Shown piece after piece: positions 34,392-46,823 of a DNA stretch of 64,000 bases. The translations under genes and the position numbers were made by a program. Numbering within the stretch: the stretch's first letter is position 1; each line of letters begins with the position of its first letter. Below the pieces are notes generated by a model, which was not told where the DNA came from, ran no database searches, and worked only from the letters and a program-made list of their open reading frames with translations. The DNA comes from Schizochytrium sp. TIO01 (Eukaryota; Protista; Bigyra: Labyrinthulomycetes), in contig SMSO01000034.1 of the NCBI GenBank assembly GCA_004764695.1, positions 4,774,001 through 4,838,000 of the forward strand, given 5' to 3'.

Positions 34392-35648
34392 TTAGCGAAA
34401 GTAGCTCCGAAATAATGTTGAAGATTGAAGCAGACCTAAGCCTCCAGCTCGTAAAAGGGTTTCGTTTAATGAGTCTTCAGAGGGAAATCTGAACTCACCT
34501 GGAGAGGCATTATTGTCTTTGCAAACAGTAGAAGAGCTTGGGAAAGACCGTGGCGGGTTTGGTGCAGCCCTTGCTGCCATAAGAGGCGGAGGTGGCGAAG
34601 GAGGAGGTGATGGCGGTGGTGAGATTACTTCCGGTTGAAAAGAGCTCGAAAGCTTGCTCTGACGAGGTGCATTACAGACATTTAAATGATGGCCTCCGTT
34701 TTGTGATACACACTCCTTTCCTTGGTATAAACTCTGTGTTGAGCCTGGGGGTGAGAGCAAACAAGAACGTTTCACAGAAGGCCTTTCAGGTTTGCGATCC
34801 TGGAGCTTTGCTGATATTTTGCTTGCAGCCGGAGGGTTCTGAGGTTTATGCGACTGTAAATTTACGCCTTGCTTTGGTGATTTTGATATTTCATCGATGG
34901 AGGATGACAGCGGAGCGTGAGAAGAACACGGCGAAGGTGAATTTTGAGAAGTGGGGGAGCAAGACGCAAGGGAAGGGCGAGAGGCTACTTTAGCAACGAT
35001 TCGCCTGCTATTCGCATTAACACTTGGTGAAAATGTGCATTCGGTTGTTTCGGATGTTTGTTTGATCATCCTTCGGGATTCAATCTTGGCCTTGCGTTGG
35101 TGATTCCAATTTTCACGATCTGCTGCAGACCTTTGCTGTACAAGCCGTTGAGATCGTGCATTTACTTGAGGATGTGGGCGAACTTCACGCATTTCTTCCT
35201 CAAATAGTGCATTTCGGAGATCATCGTCGTGGCGTCTCGCGCGGTTGGTGTATTGCCGAGCTCTACTTCCATGAGCTACTGGCACATTACCGTTCTGTAA
35301 AGCGCCTGGCATCCTGCTCTCAACCGCATTCCCAGAGTTGCTCACCTTGCGTGAGCTGTTCCTCCCTTTTGGCTCCTTTTTAAATTGAGCGACTCGTTCT
35401 TGTCCTTCCTCACAAATAAAGGTGGTTGCGATTGCAAGTTCCTGGCGCCTTTCTTCTTCCCGGCGATAATCTAGCTTGAGCGCCTGCAGTAAGTGAAACG
35501 TGTTGGAGACAGAAGCCATGACCTCCTCGCTGGTGCTGGTGCTGGTGCTGTTGCTAGTGCTGGTGCTGTTGCTCCTGGTGCCCAATCCCTCGCGAACCCT
35601 AGAAATCGTGGCTATTCCTCCCGACTTTGCAGACATTGAGTCTGTCAT
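34392..35648 (-). CDS. Hypothetical low-complexity Ser/Pro-rich protein with a TFxPxVN motif
   Basis: 418-aa ORF with coiled-coil stretches, 'HPQVNARS' and 'ECTFSPSVNANS' repeats, and a poly-Pro tract. Confidence 0.65.
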   Translation of the reverse strand: MTDSMSAKSGGIATISRVREGLGTRSNSTSTSNSTSTSTSEEVMASVSNTFHLLQALKLDYRREEERRQELAIATTFICEEGQERVAQFKKEPKGRNSSRKVSNSGNAVESRMPGALQNGNVPVAHGSRARQYTNRARRHDDDLRNALFEEEMREVRPHPQVNARSQRLVQQRSAADRENWNHQRKAKIESRRMIKQTSETTECTFSPSVNANSRRIVAKVASRPSLASCSPTSQNSPSPCSSHAPLSSSIDEISKSPKQGVNLQSHKPQNPPAASKISAKLQDRKPERPSVKRSCLLSPPGSTQSLYQGKECVSQNGGHHLNVCNAPRQSKLSSSFQPEVISPPPSPPPSPPPPLMAARAAPNPPRSFPSSSTVCKDNNASPGEFRFPSEDSLNETLLRAGGLGLLQSSTLFRSYFR

Positions 35649-36668
35649 GTTCCTCTATAGCGTTCAAGCATGAACTTAGCAAGTATTGGATTGCTCGGCG
35701 CACGTGGCAAGATAGTTCTTCAAGTCAAGCTAAGAGTATTTGATCACTTCTCAACTCATGTTTCGTTTCAAGATAAGCTCTTATGTGTTAAGCATATAGA
35801 GGGCTAGACAACTCGTTTTCTATTTACTTTGATTTTAAAAGTAATTTGCCAACAACAACAATCATCGAGTCAGACATTACAAAGGTTCCCAGAAGTATAC
35901 TAACTAGGTAAGTACTATGTACTATTACCGCCCGTTACAACGGAGACGAAATGGACCACTAGTGCCTCCTAAGGTAATAATATTATTACTACTACCTACT
36001 ACTGTAAAACGAGGGCTTGGTACCTAATATGGGCAATTGTCTTGACTCGAGCTTCTACCCCAGAAAAGGAGCCAACAAACAAAGGATTGATAGGAGTAGC
36101 CTTTAAATGGTAAGGGAGTGAAAACAAGGTTCTGAGATGATGTAACTTTGCGAGGTGTTTGGCTGAATGGCTGATGAGGAGGAAATAGAGTTGGTGAATC
36201 ATGCCAATGCGGGGCAGATATAAGAATTGCATGCATGTAAAATTCTGGTAGAGGACTGACAACCTAAAATGTATAGATGAATACATTGTAAAGGGGGTGT
36301 ATGATAGGAAGTAGCACTTTAGCACATTGTGGTTCGGGGAAAAGTAGTACATATACTATACAAGGACATACGCATACTAATCATACATCTTGCCGAGGTA
36401 TTGTACTCTGTGAGTAACAAATCCAGGCTGCGAAGGTATTGGAGTAACAAATCCAGGTAGATTACCATTGCTAATGGCAATATCTACACTTCCGTAGTAA
36501 CTCATTCATATCTATGCACTGCGATATGAGCATTCTGGGGTATCTTTCTCATTTGCAAACTTTTAAAATGGAGAAGGTACTGGGAAAGACAGATGAACCC
36601 ATATTGTGCACAACGAATTATGTTTGCTGATGGTATTTTGTGAAGGTACCGGCAAAGAAAACCGGCGT

Positions 36669-38225
36669 TTAGTACACGCCAGCGACAATTGCAGAGAAGG
36701 AGACACAGGTTGAGATGACACCAAAGATAGAGATGGGTATTGCCAACGACCTAAACTTTGAGTCCGAAGAAGGCTTGATGAGCGCAGCAAAGCAAAGGCC
36801 TGGGATAGTGACGGCCAGAGACACTGCAAAGGTAGACCCCACAAAACTCATCACAAGTCCAAGGCTGTTAAGAACCATCGCTGCAAAGAGGGAAAGCAGT
36901 GCCACAACAAATCCTACACCAAAATCAAATAGGTTGAGGCCATTACCTGTAGCAGCCTCCGCAGCAACAGGGTTTGCAAAAGAAGTCTGCGTAGCACCGG
37001 TGAGAGCAAGGTACGGGGAGTAGCTCATGGGTACTGACATGGTTCCCGCTTCGATTTGGCCAGAGAGCACGTTATGGCCTCGTGCAGAGTCTGGCGAATC
37101 TCCTCCGTCAAATTCGTCCTCACGCCAGTTGCGTAACACGCCCACAAGCTCAACGATGATAGGAAAGCGGATCACAGGGTATGAGCAGACACACTTTGCA
37201 ATAATACATATTTGTGCCACAACGTTCATTACAGTTCCCCGTTCAAGTGACCCTGTAGGCAAATCAGTAATGGTGTTGCCGAATGCGAGGCACATGAGGA
37301 TTCCAAGGACCAAGAGTAGCACGGCCATGAAGCCAAATGTCCAGTTAACAACTCTCTTATAGTCGCGTTTGTGGCGGAGGGTCTCGTAGATTGACGGGTA
37401 CACAGCATGTCCCGCAAAGAGCAATAGAATGCCTCCGTAGCTGGCGCTAAACTCGATAGCTCTAGATGGAAAAAAGGGCCAGTCTGTGTAGACGATGCCT
37501 GTGGTGACCATGGTCCGCACGCTCTCAAAGGCGAGAACGCCATAGAGCAGGAAAAAGATTGCGATTCCTGCGAGACTAATGTAGCTAAGGTGAATAGGGT
37601 TGATAAAAACAATCGTGGGTCCAATGATAGCCCACATGAGCCCCACGCTTAGCGAGTGGGAGATGCCCGGAATGGCCAGCAGGGCTTCCTTGACTGCTAC
37701 TACGTTCATGAGAAGGTATGAGAAGAGTTCAAGAATCTGAAAGATACGCAGACCAACTGCCGCAATGGTGGTGGCACTTCGTGCTGAGAAGCCACGACGC
37801 GCAGCTTGGTTTCCAATTTCGGCATAACTGTGAATTCCAGGAAAGCGCTCGAGGACTTCGCCAAGCATGATGGCAGTGATCCAGCAGACAATGAAAGCCA
37901 CCGTAGTGATGACCAGGCCAGAGTAACCATCGCGGCTGAGATTATATCCATAGCAGAGAATGCCAAAGCCGCAGTTGTAGTTGAGCGAGGTGAAGAGCGC
38001 CATCTTGAAGCTGAGGCCTTCCTTGTTATCAGCCGCGTCGAGGAGCTGCTCAATATCAACCTCGTCCTCCGAATCTACATCACCCTCGCTGGCAGCCTCT
38101 CCGTTCAGCAACGGTGCACGCATCTGCTGCAGACGGGCGTGGCGCGCGTCGGAGCCATCGCGCACATCGGCGCTGTTGGCACGCTCACGTGCGGGATCCG
38201 ACAGAGTGCGGTCGATGCGCGGCAT
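36669..38225 (-). CDS. Amino-acid/auxin permease (AAAP, Aa_trans) family transporter, AVT1-like
   Basis: ~11 TM segments with motifs LN..CGFGIL, SYAEIG..A, LFAGHAVYPSIY and SYP, plus an acidic dileucine-type N-tail (EVDIEQLL). Confidence 0.9.
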   Translation of the reverse strand: MPRIDRTLSDPARERANSADVRDGSDARHARLQQMRAPLLNGEAASEGDVDSEDEVDIEQLLDAADNKEGLSFKMALFTSLNYNCGFGILCYGYNLSRDGYSGLVITTVAFIVCWITAIMLGEVLERFPGIHSYAEIGNQAARRGFSARSATTIAAVGLRIFQILELFSYLLMNVVAVKEALLAIPGISHSLSVGLMWAIIGPTIVFINPIHLSYISLAGIAIFFLLYGVLAFESVRTMVTTGIVYTDWPFFPSRAIEFSASYGGILLLFAGHAVYPSIYETLRHKRDYKRVVNWTFGFMAVLLLVLGILMCLAFGNTITDLPTGSLERGTVMNVVAQICIIAKCVCSYPVIRFPIIVELVGVLRNWREDEFDGGDSPDSARGHNVLSGQIEAGTMSVPMSYSPYLALTGATQTSFANPVAAEAATGNGLNLFDFGVGFVVALLSLFAAMVLNSLGLVMSFVGSTFAVSLAVTIPGLCFAALIKPSSDSKFRSLAIPISIFGVISTCVSFSAIVAGVY

Positions 38226-40026
38226 GGCAACGAGCGTTTACGAGTTCGGACCCTGATCTGCGTCACGCTGCTCTTTTCTAAACAAGTGTTGAAAACGGTC
38301 CGTGCTGGCCGCTGGCTGTTCAAGACTTGGTCACTGCGTGCGAAGAACGGCGTGACTTTGAAGAAAAGCGAAGGAAGGATAACCTAACTAACTAACCACT
38401 TTCAACAAATCATATAAACAAGGGAACAGGAGAAAGAAGAAAAAGATATTCACGTCCTGCAAGTACCTACTGCGGAACACGGAGAAGACCACCTCAAGGA
38501 ATTGGTGCAATCTGAAGGAGAAGAGGCCATACGCAGGGAACCCTGGCTCGTGCAGCTCGTGGGCATGCACTTAGTGATGATGTCTAGGTGAAGAGGTGAT
38601 GTGGTTTTAGTTCTTCTTGCTTGTAAGACAAAGGACAAATCTGTTGCTTTTACCTATAGTTTCTTATTTAGCAAAAATGGGGCATACTATTTATTGTTAG
38701 TAGTAGCTAACTAGCAGATAGGCAGGTATTGTTTAGCCACCATCAGCCCGAAACAGCGCAACTTGAAGACACAAGATTGTCTGGCCTCTCAGACTACGAG
38801 TATGATGCTCTGGAGCAAGGACACTCATTGCAGCAGGATCACAGTAAAAAGGTACAGGTTCATGGCAGCAAGCCATAGCAGCGCACCGGTGACAGCTTGC
38901 GACTTTCAAGTGCCAGTGCCGTTTTACTATGCAGTTTTTTGGCAGTTCCCTTCGATGAGCTGCAGATGAAGGAAAGTAGAAGCAAGAGCGGCCTGCTTTA
39001 CTTACGACACAATGTGAAGGCAGGCTGGGCACTTACATTCTTTGTCTGGTATGAGGGCGTATGGGCACGCCTGCTTAAGCAAGCCCTAGTTCTTGTCGGC
39101 TCATTATTCGTTCGTTTGCGTGTCGAGTGAAATGCTAAGCGTTCATCGCATAGAAGTACATAGGGTGTGGCAAGCATGCTACCTAACTAGTCAAGGCTAA
39201 TGTTGCTGGACACTCAAAGATTTGCATAGGTTTCAAGATGTCGCAGACAACGTGGAACCAGGCACAGGTGCATGTGTTTGGAGAAGGCAGGCAGGCAGGC
39301 AGGCAGGCAATCAAGATGGCAGACAGGTCGGCAGTCAGGCGAGCTGAAGACTCAGGAGCTAGCTGCAAAACAAAGTTCCCTGTTAGAATTTCAGTTTAAT
39401 GGACAAGTGTGGCGTGCATAATATACTTAACAGCCTTGGTAGCACCAGTGGTTCTTTGTTGGCCAAAGTGAGAAATTGAAATATAATTAGCCGCTGCTAT
39501 GGTGAACTTGAGTTTTTCACTAACGCATCTGCTTAACCCACTTGACATCAGGCTATATATTGTTCTCGAGAGATTTGCTTCCCACCTTCGGGATATAGTA
39601 GCCAGTTACCTTCTCCCAATGGAGCTTTATAAATTACATAATTGAATGATGAGAGTAATTGATGCATCTTCCTACCTAGTACCTATCTACCATGCGACTA
39701 TGCTATTCTTTTACGTGTGTTCTAAAAGCAGATCCTTACAATCGAATAGCTTGGACAAAACCTTGCGCGAAAACAATCAATCATTGAGGAAATGAGTTGG
39801 TTTTGTTCAAGTAATTTCCCGTGACTAGCGAGAGTGTAATTGCCTATTACCTACGAGGTTGATAGATCCCTGATTTTCTTTTAGCCCTAGTACTTCAAGT
39901 TCAAGTTGGGGTTTCTACCCGAACATATCCAGATTTTTAGGATCACCAGTCTTTGTGGTAAGATACATCACTATATATGTTCAATATGAAATTGTGAAGC
40001 ATCTCTCAAAAGAGTCTGCTCGTAAA

Positions 40027-40098
40027 GCAGGTGTAGCTCAGTGGTAGAGCGTCCGCCTGACACGCGGAAGGTCACGAGTTCGATCCTCGTCATCTGTA
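40027..40098 (+). tRNA. tRNA-Val(GAC)
   Basis: GCAGGTG/CATCTGT acceptor, D-arm GCTC-AGTGGTA-GAGC, anticodon arm TCCGC-CTGACAC-GCGGA, T-arm ACGAG-TTCGATC-CTCGT, discriminator A and a downstream T-run. Confidence 0.93.
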
Positions 40099-40379
40099 CA
40101 ACAGATACTTTTTTTAATGTTTTATTTTTATTTTTATTTTTCCTATGGGCCAATTTAATATATTGTTCATGGATGTTTGAGCTGTTCCGAGCTTGGCACC
40201 TATCACATTCATTGCATGTTTTTGAAGTGTAGTTCTCCCTGCAAAGTACAAGTTTATACCAGAGGGAGGGGGCAGGCTTTGTAAATGAGCGCTTGACAGA
40301 ATAAAATGGACCCAGCAACATCATTGGGACTGTCTGGGAGGAGTCAAAAGGATGACACGGGAGTTTTCACAACAGAGAG

Positions 40380-41990
40380 CTAGAGTGCAAGCTTGCAGTG
40401 AACCTCGGTAGCCTTGTTCATCATCTCGAGGAGTGCACGATGGTATGCACATTTCAAGGCAGTTTTACCTTTTTTCTTTCGAGTCAGTTTACCTTTGATA
40501 TTGTCGACGCGGCAACAGAGAATAAGCATCGCTTTGTATCCTTCCCTGTGCCTCCACTCAATGGCCCGGCCATCAGCATCGTACATGGCCTGAAATATAC
40601 GTTTGGGTGTGCACCAAATGCCTGGTTTTCTGGGAGTATTTTTCCTTCATGCAAAATGGGGAAAGTAAACATGACCAAGGCTATTCATTTGCACACTTAC
40701 AGCATTGGTTACTTGGCCGGGAAACATTACGAAAGCTTTTTTTAGAAACAGTGCACTTTTGCCTTTCCTTCAGCTTCAGTCGCGTTCCCCGACCTCGAAA
40801 ATCTGGATTTGTCGTGCTTTCTACAAGAAGAGCGAATTCCAAGTTATTTTCGGCGGCTGATTCCTCTGCTTTGGTCCGACCAGCATCGAGGGTTTTGAAA
40901 AAATCAACGATTCCTGAATCGCGCACAGCTTGTGGTACCTCAAAGACACAGTTCAGGCGCATCCGTACTTCTTGAAGGCGCATTGCTATTTTCCTATATA
41001 AACATTTTAGGATTACCTTCTTCGTATTTCAGGATTTGCTTCGTTTTGGGAACCTCCCTGATGCATGCGTCTTGATGCGGGGCCACAGCTTCGTCTTATC
41101 TTTGAATATCCACCATCCGTAAGTCATCAAATCTCCGACGGGGGGTTCTCACGGTCAACAGTATAGATTTGGTTCTAGCAAGCTTGGCATTCGTACTGAT
41201 CATATCTACAAGTACAGATATACAACAATGAGGTACCTTACTTCAGCGTGATGTCCTTAACAAGAGTGATTAAATCGTCAATCGATGATCCTCTCAAAAT
41301 AGGCTAATCACCAAACTAACAAGATCAAGAAGACATATTTTGCAAACCATGCTGACGAAGTATGTGAACAGAAGTTCACTTATGCAATCAGCTTTATGCC
41401 TTTGATCAAGAAAGAATCAGACAAGTCTCTCGCTCTCGAGTCCCATTCATAGGTCAAAGTTGACATTGGTATTGTAATAGATCCAGCTAAGAATCTCGCT
41501 CATAACGTTTTGAGCAACTCTATCCCACAGCAATCTAGCTTTTGGCTTTTGTTATCCACTGCCACTTCGCCTTCGAAACATCCAGAAACTCTAATGATGG
41601 CATCAATGATGACAAAACACTGAAAGAGAATTTGTCGAATCTGGGTTGGAAGAAAGGGCAGTTTCCTTAGTCTCCTAATTACGGAATGAACTAACCCATC
41701 TGGTGAAAATATAGATCCCAAAAATGATAATTCACTTAAATAGTAAAACTTTGAATGCATAAGGTTCTTGGCGTTTTGACGCTAGATGTTCATCTCCAAG
41801 GTCACCATCATATATATCCTCAATTCTGTCATTGTCTCGCAATCTCAGATTCGATAGAACAAACTGACTCTTTCATGCTTTATTCTACAATAGTTTTGAA
41901 GAGAAACTTGACGAGCCGATCATGAACCCAGCGTTTTACCTTTCTGAGGTTCGTTGAGTCAACTTTGTCCTCAGAGTTTAAGATGTAGAA
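40380..41990 (-). pseudogene. Possible decayed gene (fragmented ORFs, some LRR-like wording)
   Basis: Short protein-like fragments in shifting frames (…DSGIVDFFKTLDAG…, …SVLSSLMPSLEFLDVSK…, …YYLSELSFLGS…) are interrupted by stops. No intact frame is present. Confidence 0.3.
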
Positions 41991-42076
41991 ATTGAATGGT
42001 TTTCTTGAGAAGAGTCTATGCTTCGAGTAGTAGATCTGGATACATAGCACATTATTGAAGTAATATACAGCTACTG

Positions 42077-42103
42077 CCTAACCTAATCTAACCTAACCTA
42101 ACC
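42077..42103. repeat. Short interstitial telomere-like tract (CCTAA)5
   Basis: CCTAA CCTAA TCTAA CCTAA CCTAA CC, which reads TTAGG on the other strand. Confidence 0.6.
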
Positions 42104-43196
42104 ACCTCTCATGTCCGACACATCCTGTGTATCGGACTGACATCATACATTCATCCCTGCCTGTATCCAGACCCGAAACCCCAATAACTCATATATCATC
42201 CTCTTTCTCTTTCTCCTGAGTTCGCCATCCTTGTCAGACTACCTCTGCACGCTCCACAGCACAAGCTACTCTGCAATACACATCAAGATGATAACTTATT
42301 GAGGGTGTAAATAAGTAGAAGGAGCTGATGGTTTAACTCTACCTTTCAGAGGTTGTCTGGAATGCAAAGCCTAAGTTATTTATAAATGATTTATTCCGAG
42401 ATAGTAGATAGTGATCAAGACAAAGAGTATATATCCTATCGTTCATGACACCAAAGGTTCGAAGAAAGGGTTGTGGCTATAATATTTTTCTTGCTCCTGC
42501 CTTTGATGGAGTCTTATGCGAATTCATAAAGCACAAAACCCTTGCAATCGCAGTATCGTAGTATCCAACCACTGATGCGAGCGTAAAAGTGGAATTTGCC
42601 CTTTAAATGCTAGTGTGAAGCAGCGATTGGTAGTTCTGTCATGCAATATATAAATTGCAAGGAAATCATCAGATCGAGGGCTTTGAAGATAGGTAGTGCT
42701 CAATAAGAATCTCCCGCCTTCGACGAAAACATAAATAGAGTTTCTTTCCAAAATCAGCGCTATTGAAAGATAGTTGAAAAAAAGCATTTTACAGACTGCT
42801 TTGAGACGACTTGCCTATGTAACTGCTTAAAGGGTAGAGTTTCTGATACCCTATAGTGTTGCTGAATAATCTATCGGCAGAGCGGAGAAAGCAAAATGAA
42901 GGAAGAATTTTTATACAGAAATAAACTAAATGTGTTCCTCAACCTGGAAAAATAAAGTTTTGGAAGCATATTATATATATATTTATAATATCAGTCGAAT
43001 GTTGCCAAATCATTATTATGTTCTACTTTACTTTAACTTTGAGCATATTTCCTCACCAAGAACCTTACAAATAAAATTATTAATCTGATTAGCAGACGTC
43101 GGTATTATTGCGAGGTGACCAACTACTTTCTCACCTTCCTGCAGGCCCTAGCCAACGGCGCTTAAGCAAAAGATAATCATTAAAAATTCGAATAGT

Positions 43197-46100
43197 TTAT
43201 TCCAATCTAAAATTTGCGCCAACAATCTCTGGTGTTAGCAAAGGTGACAATAAGTCTTTCAGAACGAGCCGAAGATTTATGTCTTGTGTATTTGCATCCC
43301 AGTACTCACGCAGACGCTCTGCACGGAGCAACCGCCACGCTTCACGAACCTGCTCGAATGAATCAGGAAAGAATAGATCTTGCCCAAGTCTTCTTGAACA
43401 GGTTCTCACATGAGCATGGCAAACAACTTCATCCTGAGAACTATACCCAAGGCACCAAGCGCAGAAGAGGTGTCCACAAGCATTATTACCACATTTTACA
43501 GCGCAACAACCCTCAAACTCATAAACATAAGTATTACAGTTCGGACAACATGTGCTCAAGATCTTCTCTTGAATATGAAGTAAATGAACCCGTGCGTCGC
43601 GATTCTGTTCATCAGCACGTAAAACTTGTGCTATACGCCTTTGGATCTCCTTCTCCGCCCACACTGCTGCTTCATTTTCTGCCTTCATCTTCGCAATCAA
43701 CAATAGGTGATTCAAAGCAGTTGGTGCAAGACGGGTGATTTCTTGACCTGATATCCTTCCACCACATTCAGGTTTCATGCATGCCATCGTTCCATCAGCA
43801 TCCACTCTTACGTTAGCAAGTGGCCGTGCCGCCGCTTCTACTGCAGATTCGATACAGTCTCTGCAAAGGAAGTCTCCCTCCTCGCAGCTCGTGCCCTCGG
43901 AAAGTGGATGCGTCTCCATACATACTAGACATATCTTGACAGGGGTCTTAGGAGCTCCAAAAGCTTCATGTTGGAGTGCTTGGCGAGCGGTTGGACGTTG
44001 GCCAGGGTCTGTTGCTGTAAGAGCATCGATAAGTGTCTGCATTGCAGCGGTTCGCTCAGTAGGATACAGCTCCTTTAAGCTTATGCCCACAGAGTACATA
44101 TCCATCGCTGTTTCAAACCTATCTACAGGCCCATTCTGCAACTCGGGGCAAACGTACCGTGGCGTTGCCTGAAGTGATGTGTAAGTTGCAGTGTAGTCTG
44201 CAACCTTGATGCCGTCAAAGTCGCCGATCAATGGTGTCCCGTTGCTTGTGAGGAAAATGTTTTCTGGTTTGATGTCACAATGCACAATGCCATGGGTATG
44301 CAAATCCGCCACACCGATAAGCAGGCCCATAGCAAGTCTGTCGCGCGCTGCTTTGCCTTCGTTAGGATGATTCTCAATCCACTTGGCAAGGTCACCTTGC
44401 TCGTAGAAAGGCATGACAATACAACCACGTGGCTCTCCATTAGAGGTATCCACAAAAGCACCAGTGATACGTATCATGTGATGAGACACCACTTTGCCCA
44501 GATTGGCAACTTGTTTGTAGAAGGTTTTGGATTGACTTAGATGCCCAAGCTGAAACTTTTTGAGAACCAGAGTTCTGCTATCTCCATCAAGAACCTTCTG
44601 AACGGTCTTGCCAACTCTGGAAGCAAGGGGCTCGCCGACAGGCTTGAAGTCTGAAACTGTGACATTCGTCAACCAAAGGTCAGAACATGCTACTTCAAAA
44701 ACACCCTCTGCAGTTACGTGAAGCCTTTCTAACCAAGCTCTATCCTGCAACAATTCAGGATAATGTTTCTGCGCAAGTTGCAGAGTTTCTGCAAGCTTAT
44801 GACGAAAAACTTTGCTAAGCTCGATAGGGCTGCCTTGAGAGAGAATGCGCTTCTGTTTCTTGATTTGACTCCTGTAGTGCTTTCGTTCTTCCTCTTCCAG
44901 GTCCTCAGAGTCGACATCTTCTCTAGCTCTTTTTAACCTCTTTGTGGCTTTCCTCGACTTGTCAAGTTTCTGGTACAATTTCTCAACATTTAAGACGGAA
45001 GGTTCTTTCAAACCCAGTAATGCATAGTCATACAGTTCAGAGAGTTCTTCTGGTGTGTACTTGCTCGCGTCATTCAACGCAGCACTTTCAGAGTATCCTT
45101 CAAATCGAGCAAATGTTGAACTTATCGCGCAAAGTATTTTGCACAATTGGGCACGAAGTGTATCTCCTTGGAGAACTTCGATTTCTTGCTTGAGAGCAAT
45201 CTCAAGTTCAGACAACTCGGGTTCTAGCTTCATGGCTTGTTCGGGTGTTCTCAGAGCAACTGATAATCCATCACCAAGTTTTAGCTCAGACAATCGAGAG
45301 ATGACGCGTTTTACAGCTTGTTGGCTTCGTTCCCCAATGTTGTTGAGTTGGCCTTCTCCACTCCCCTTGTACCCTTCCATGCATTGGACAGCCTGAACAA
45401 TGAGTTCTTGGGAGTGTTTGAAGTCATCTGTGCTGGTCTCTTCATTGACTGGTGCAAGGTCGATCTTTAGATCGTTTACCAAACTTTCAACTCTCACTTT
45501 GAATTCTCGCACTGCACCCTCATCACTTTCGCAAAGGTTGGCGCGAACCCATGGGTACACGACCTGCAAAAGTGAATGCAGGTGCCTCCGTTCGGCATTT
45601 CGCTTTTCGATGAGGCTGGGCAAGCCATCAGCAGAGCTTGCACGAATCTGGTCTTGCAGCGCGTCAAGACTCTCTTTGGAGCTCTTGATGTCAGCGGAAA
45701 CCTGTCGCAACTTCACTTGTCCAAAGTAGCCCTGGATCGCCGGTCGAACGAATTCCTCAAGCAAGGCAATCCCAGTTTGCAAGGAGTTTCCTCTGAGCCC
45801 GTCTCGGTCCGCGCGCAAGTCCGAGACTTTCTTGGCAAGCTGCACCACATCAGCGAAACTCACGCTCGCTCCATCCGGCCGTTCTCTAAGGTGAACCAGA
45901 AGACGTGAACAAACGACCAAAGCGATGTTGAAGCAGCAATAAAAGTAGAAGCAAAAGTTAGGATTCCCTCTATCTCAATAGCACAATTCGTGGAATGAAT
46001 GATCACACGATCCCAAACAAAGACTGACTGCATGAACTTACCCAGATCCATCCAAAGTAACAGGCCCGGTGCCACCAATGCCGTCTTGCTTGTTCTTGGG

Positions 46101-46787
46101 CTCTGCAGAAGGCTTGCTTTCTGACGCCTTAATGAAGTCGGTGTCTGACGAGGAATCGACGATATCTTCTCCAGGAGAACACACCCTTTCGAACAATTCT
46201 TTAGGGGTCAAAAACGAAAATGGGTCATCGAAACTGCGGCGTTTTGTAAACGAATGTGAATAACCCAATGAAAGAGAATAAGAGTGCTTGTTAGAAAAAC
46301 GATGAACACAGTTAAAGACGGCCTTGCAAGTCCGTGGAGGCACAGAGAGAACCAGCGAAGGCAAGGCTTGGCGCAAGCTGGGAACAGCAGCAGAGGGAAC
46401 GGAACTTACCCGATTTGAACAGAAGGACATGCTTTGTGCAGAGACTTTGCGACGGCCTTTGCGCCCTCCGGGCCAATCTTGGTGTGAAGAAGACTGTGAG
46501 TATAAATCAATAATTTTTTTCGTTCGTTGTCAGGAAAGGCAATTCCGCCAGTCAGCGCTCTTTTTCTTCGTTTTGCCCCCTTCACAATGATAAAAAATAA
46601 TCTCCAGAGAAGTCCTCTTCTTCTGTTTATCGTACTATTATTATATGGAGACACTACCGTGTAGATTTCCTTTTCCCTTCCTTCTTCACTTTTAAAAACA
46701 AAAGAAAGAGCTATTTTCCTTTCTAACTTCCTTCTCAAATAGTGTTTTCATTTTGATTCCTTTTACCCTACTAAAAACACCACTAAA

Positions 46788-46823
<36 letters not shown>

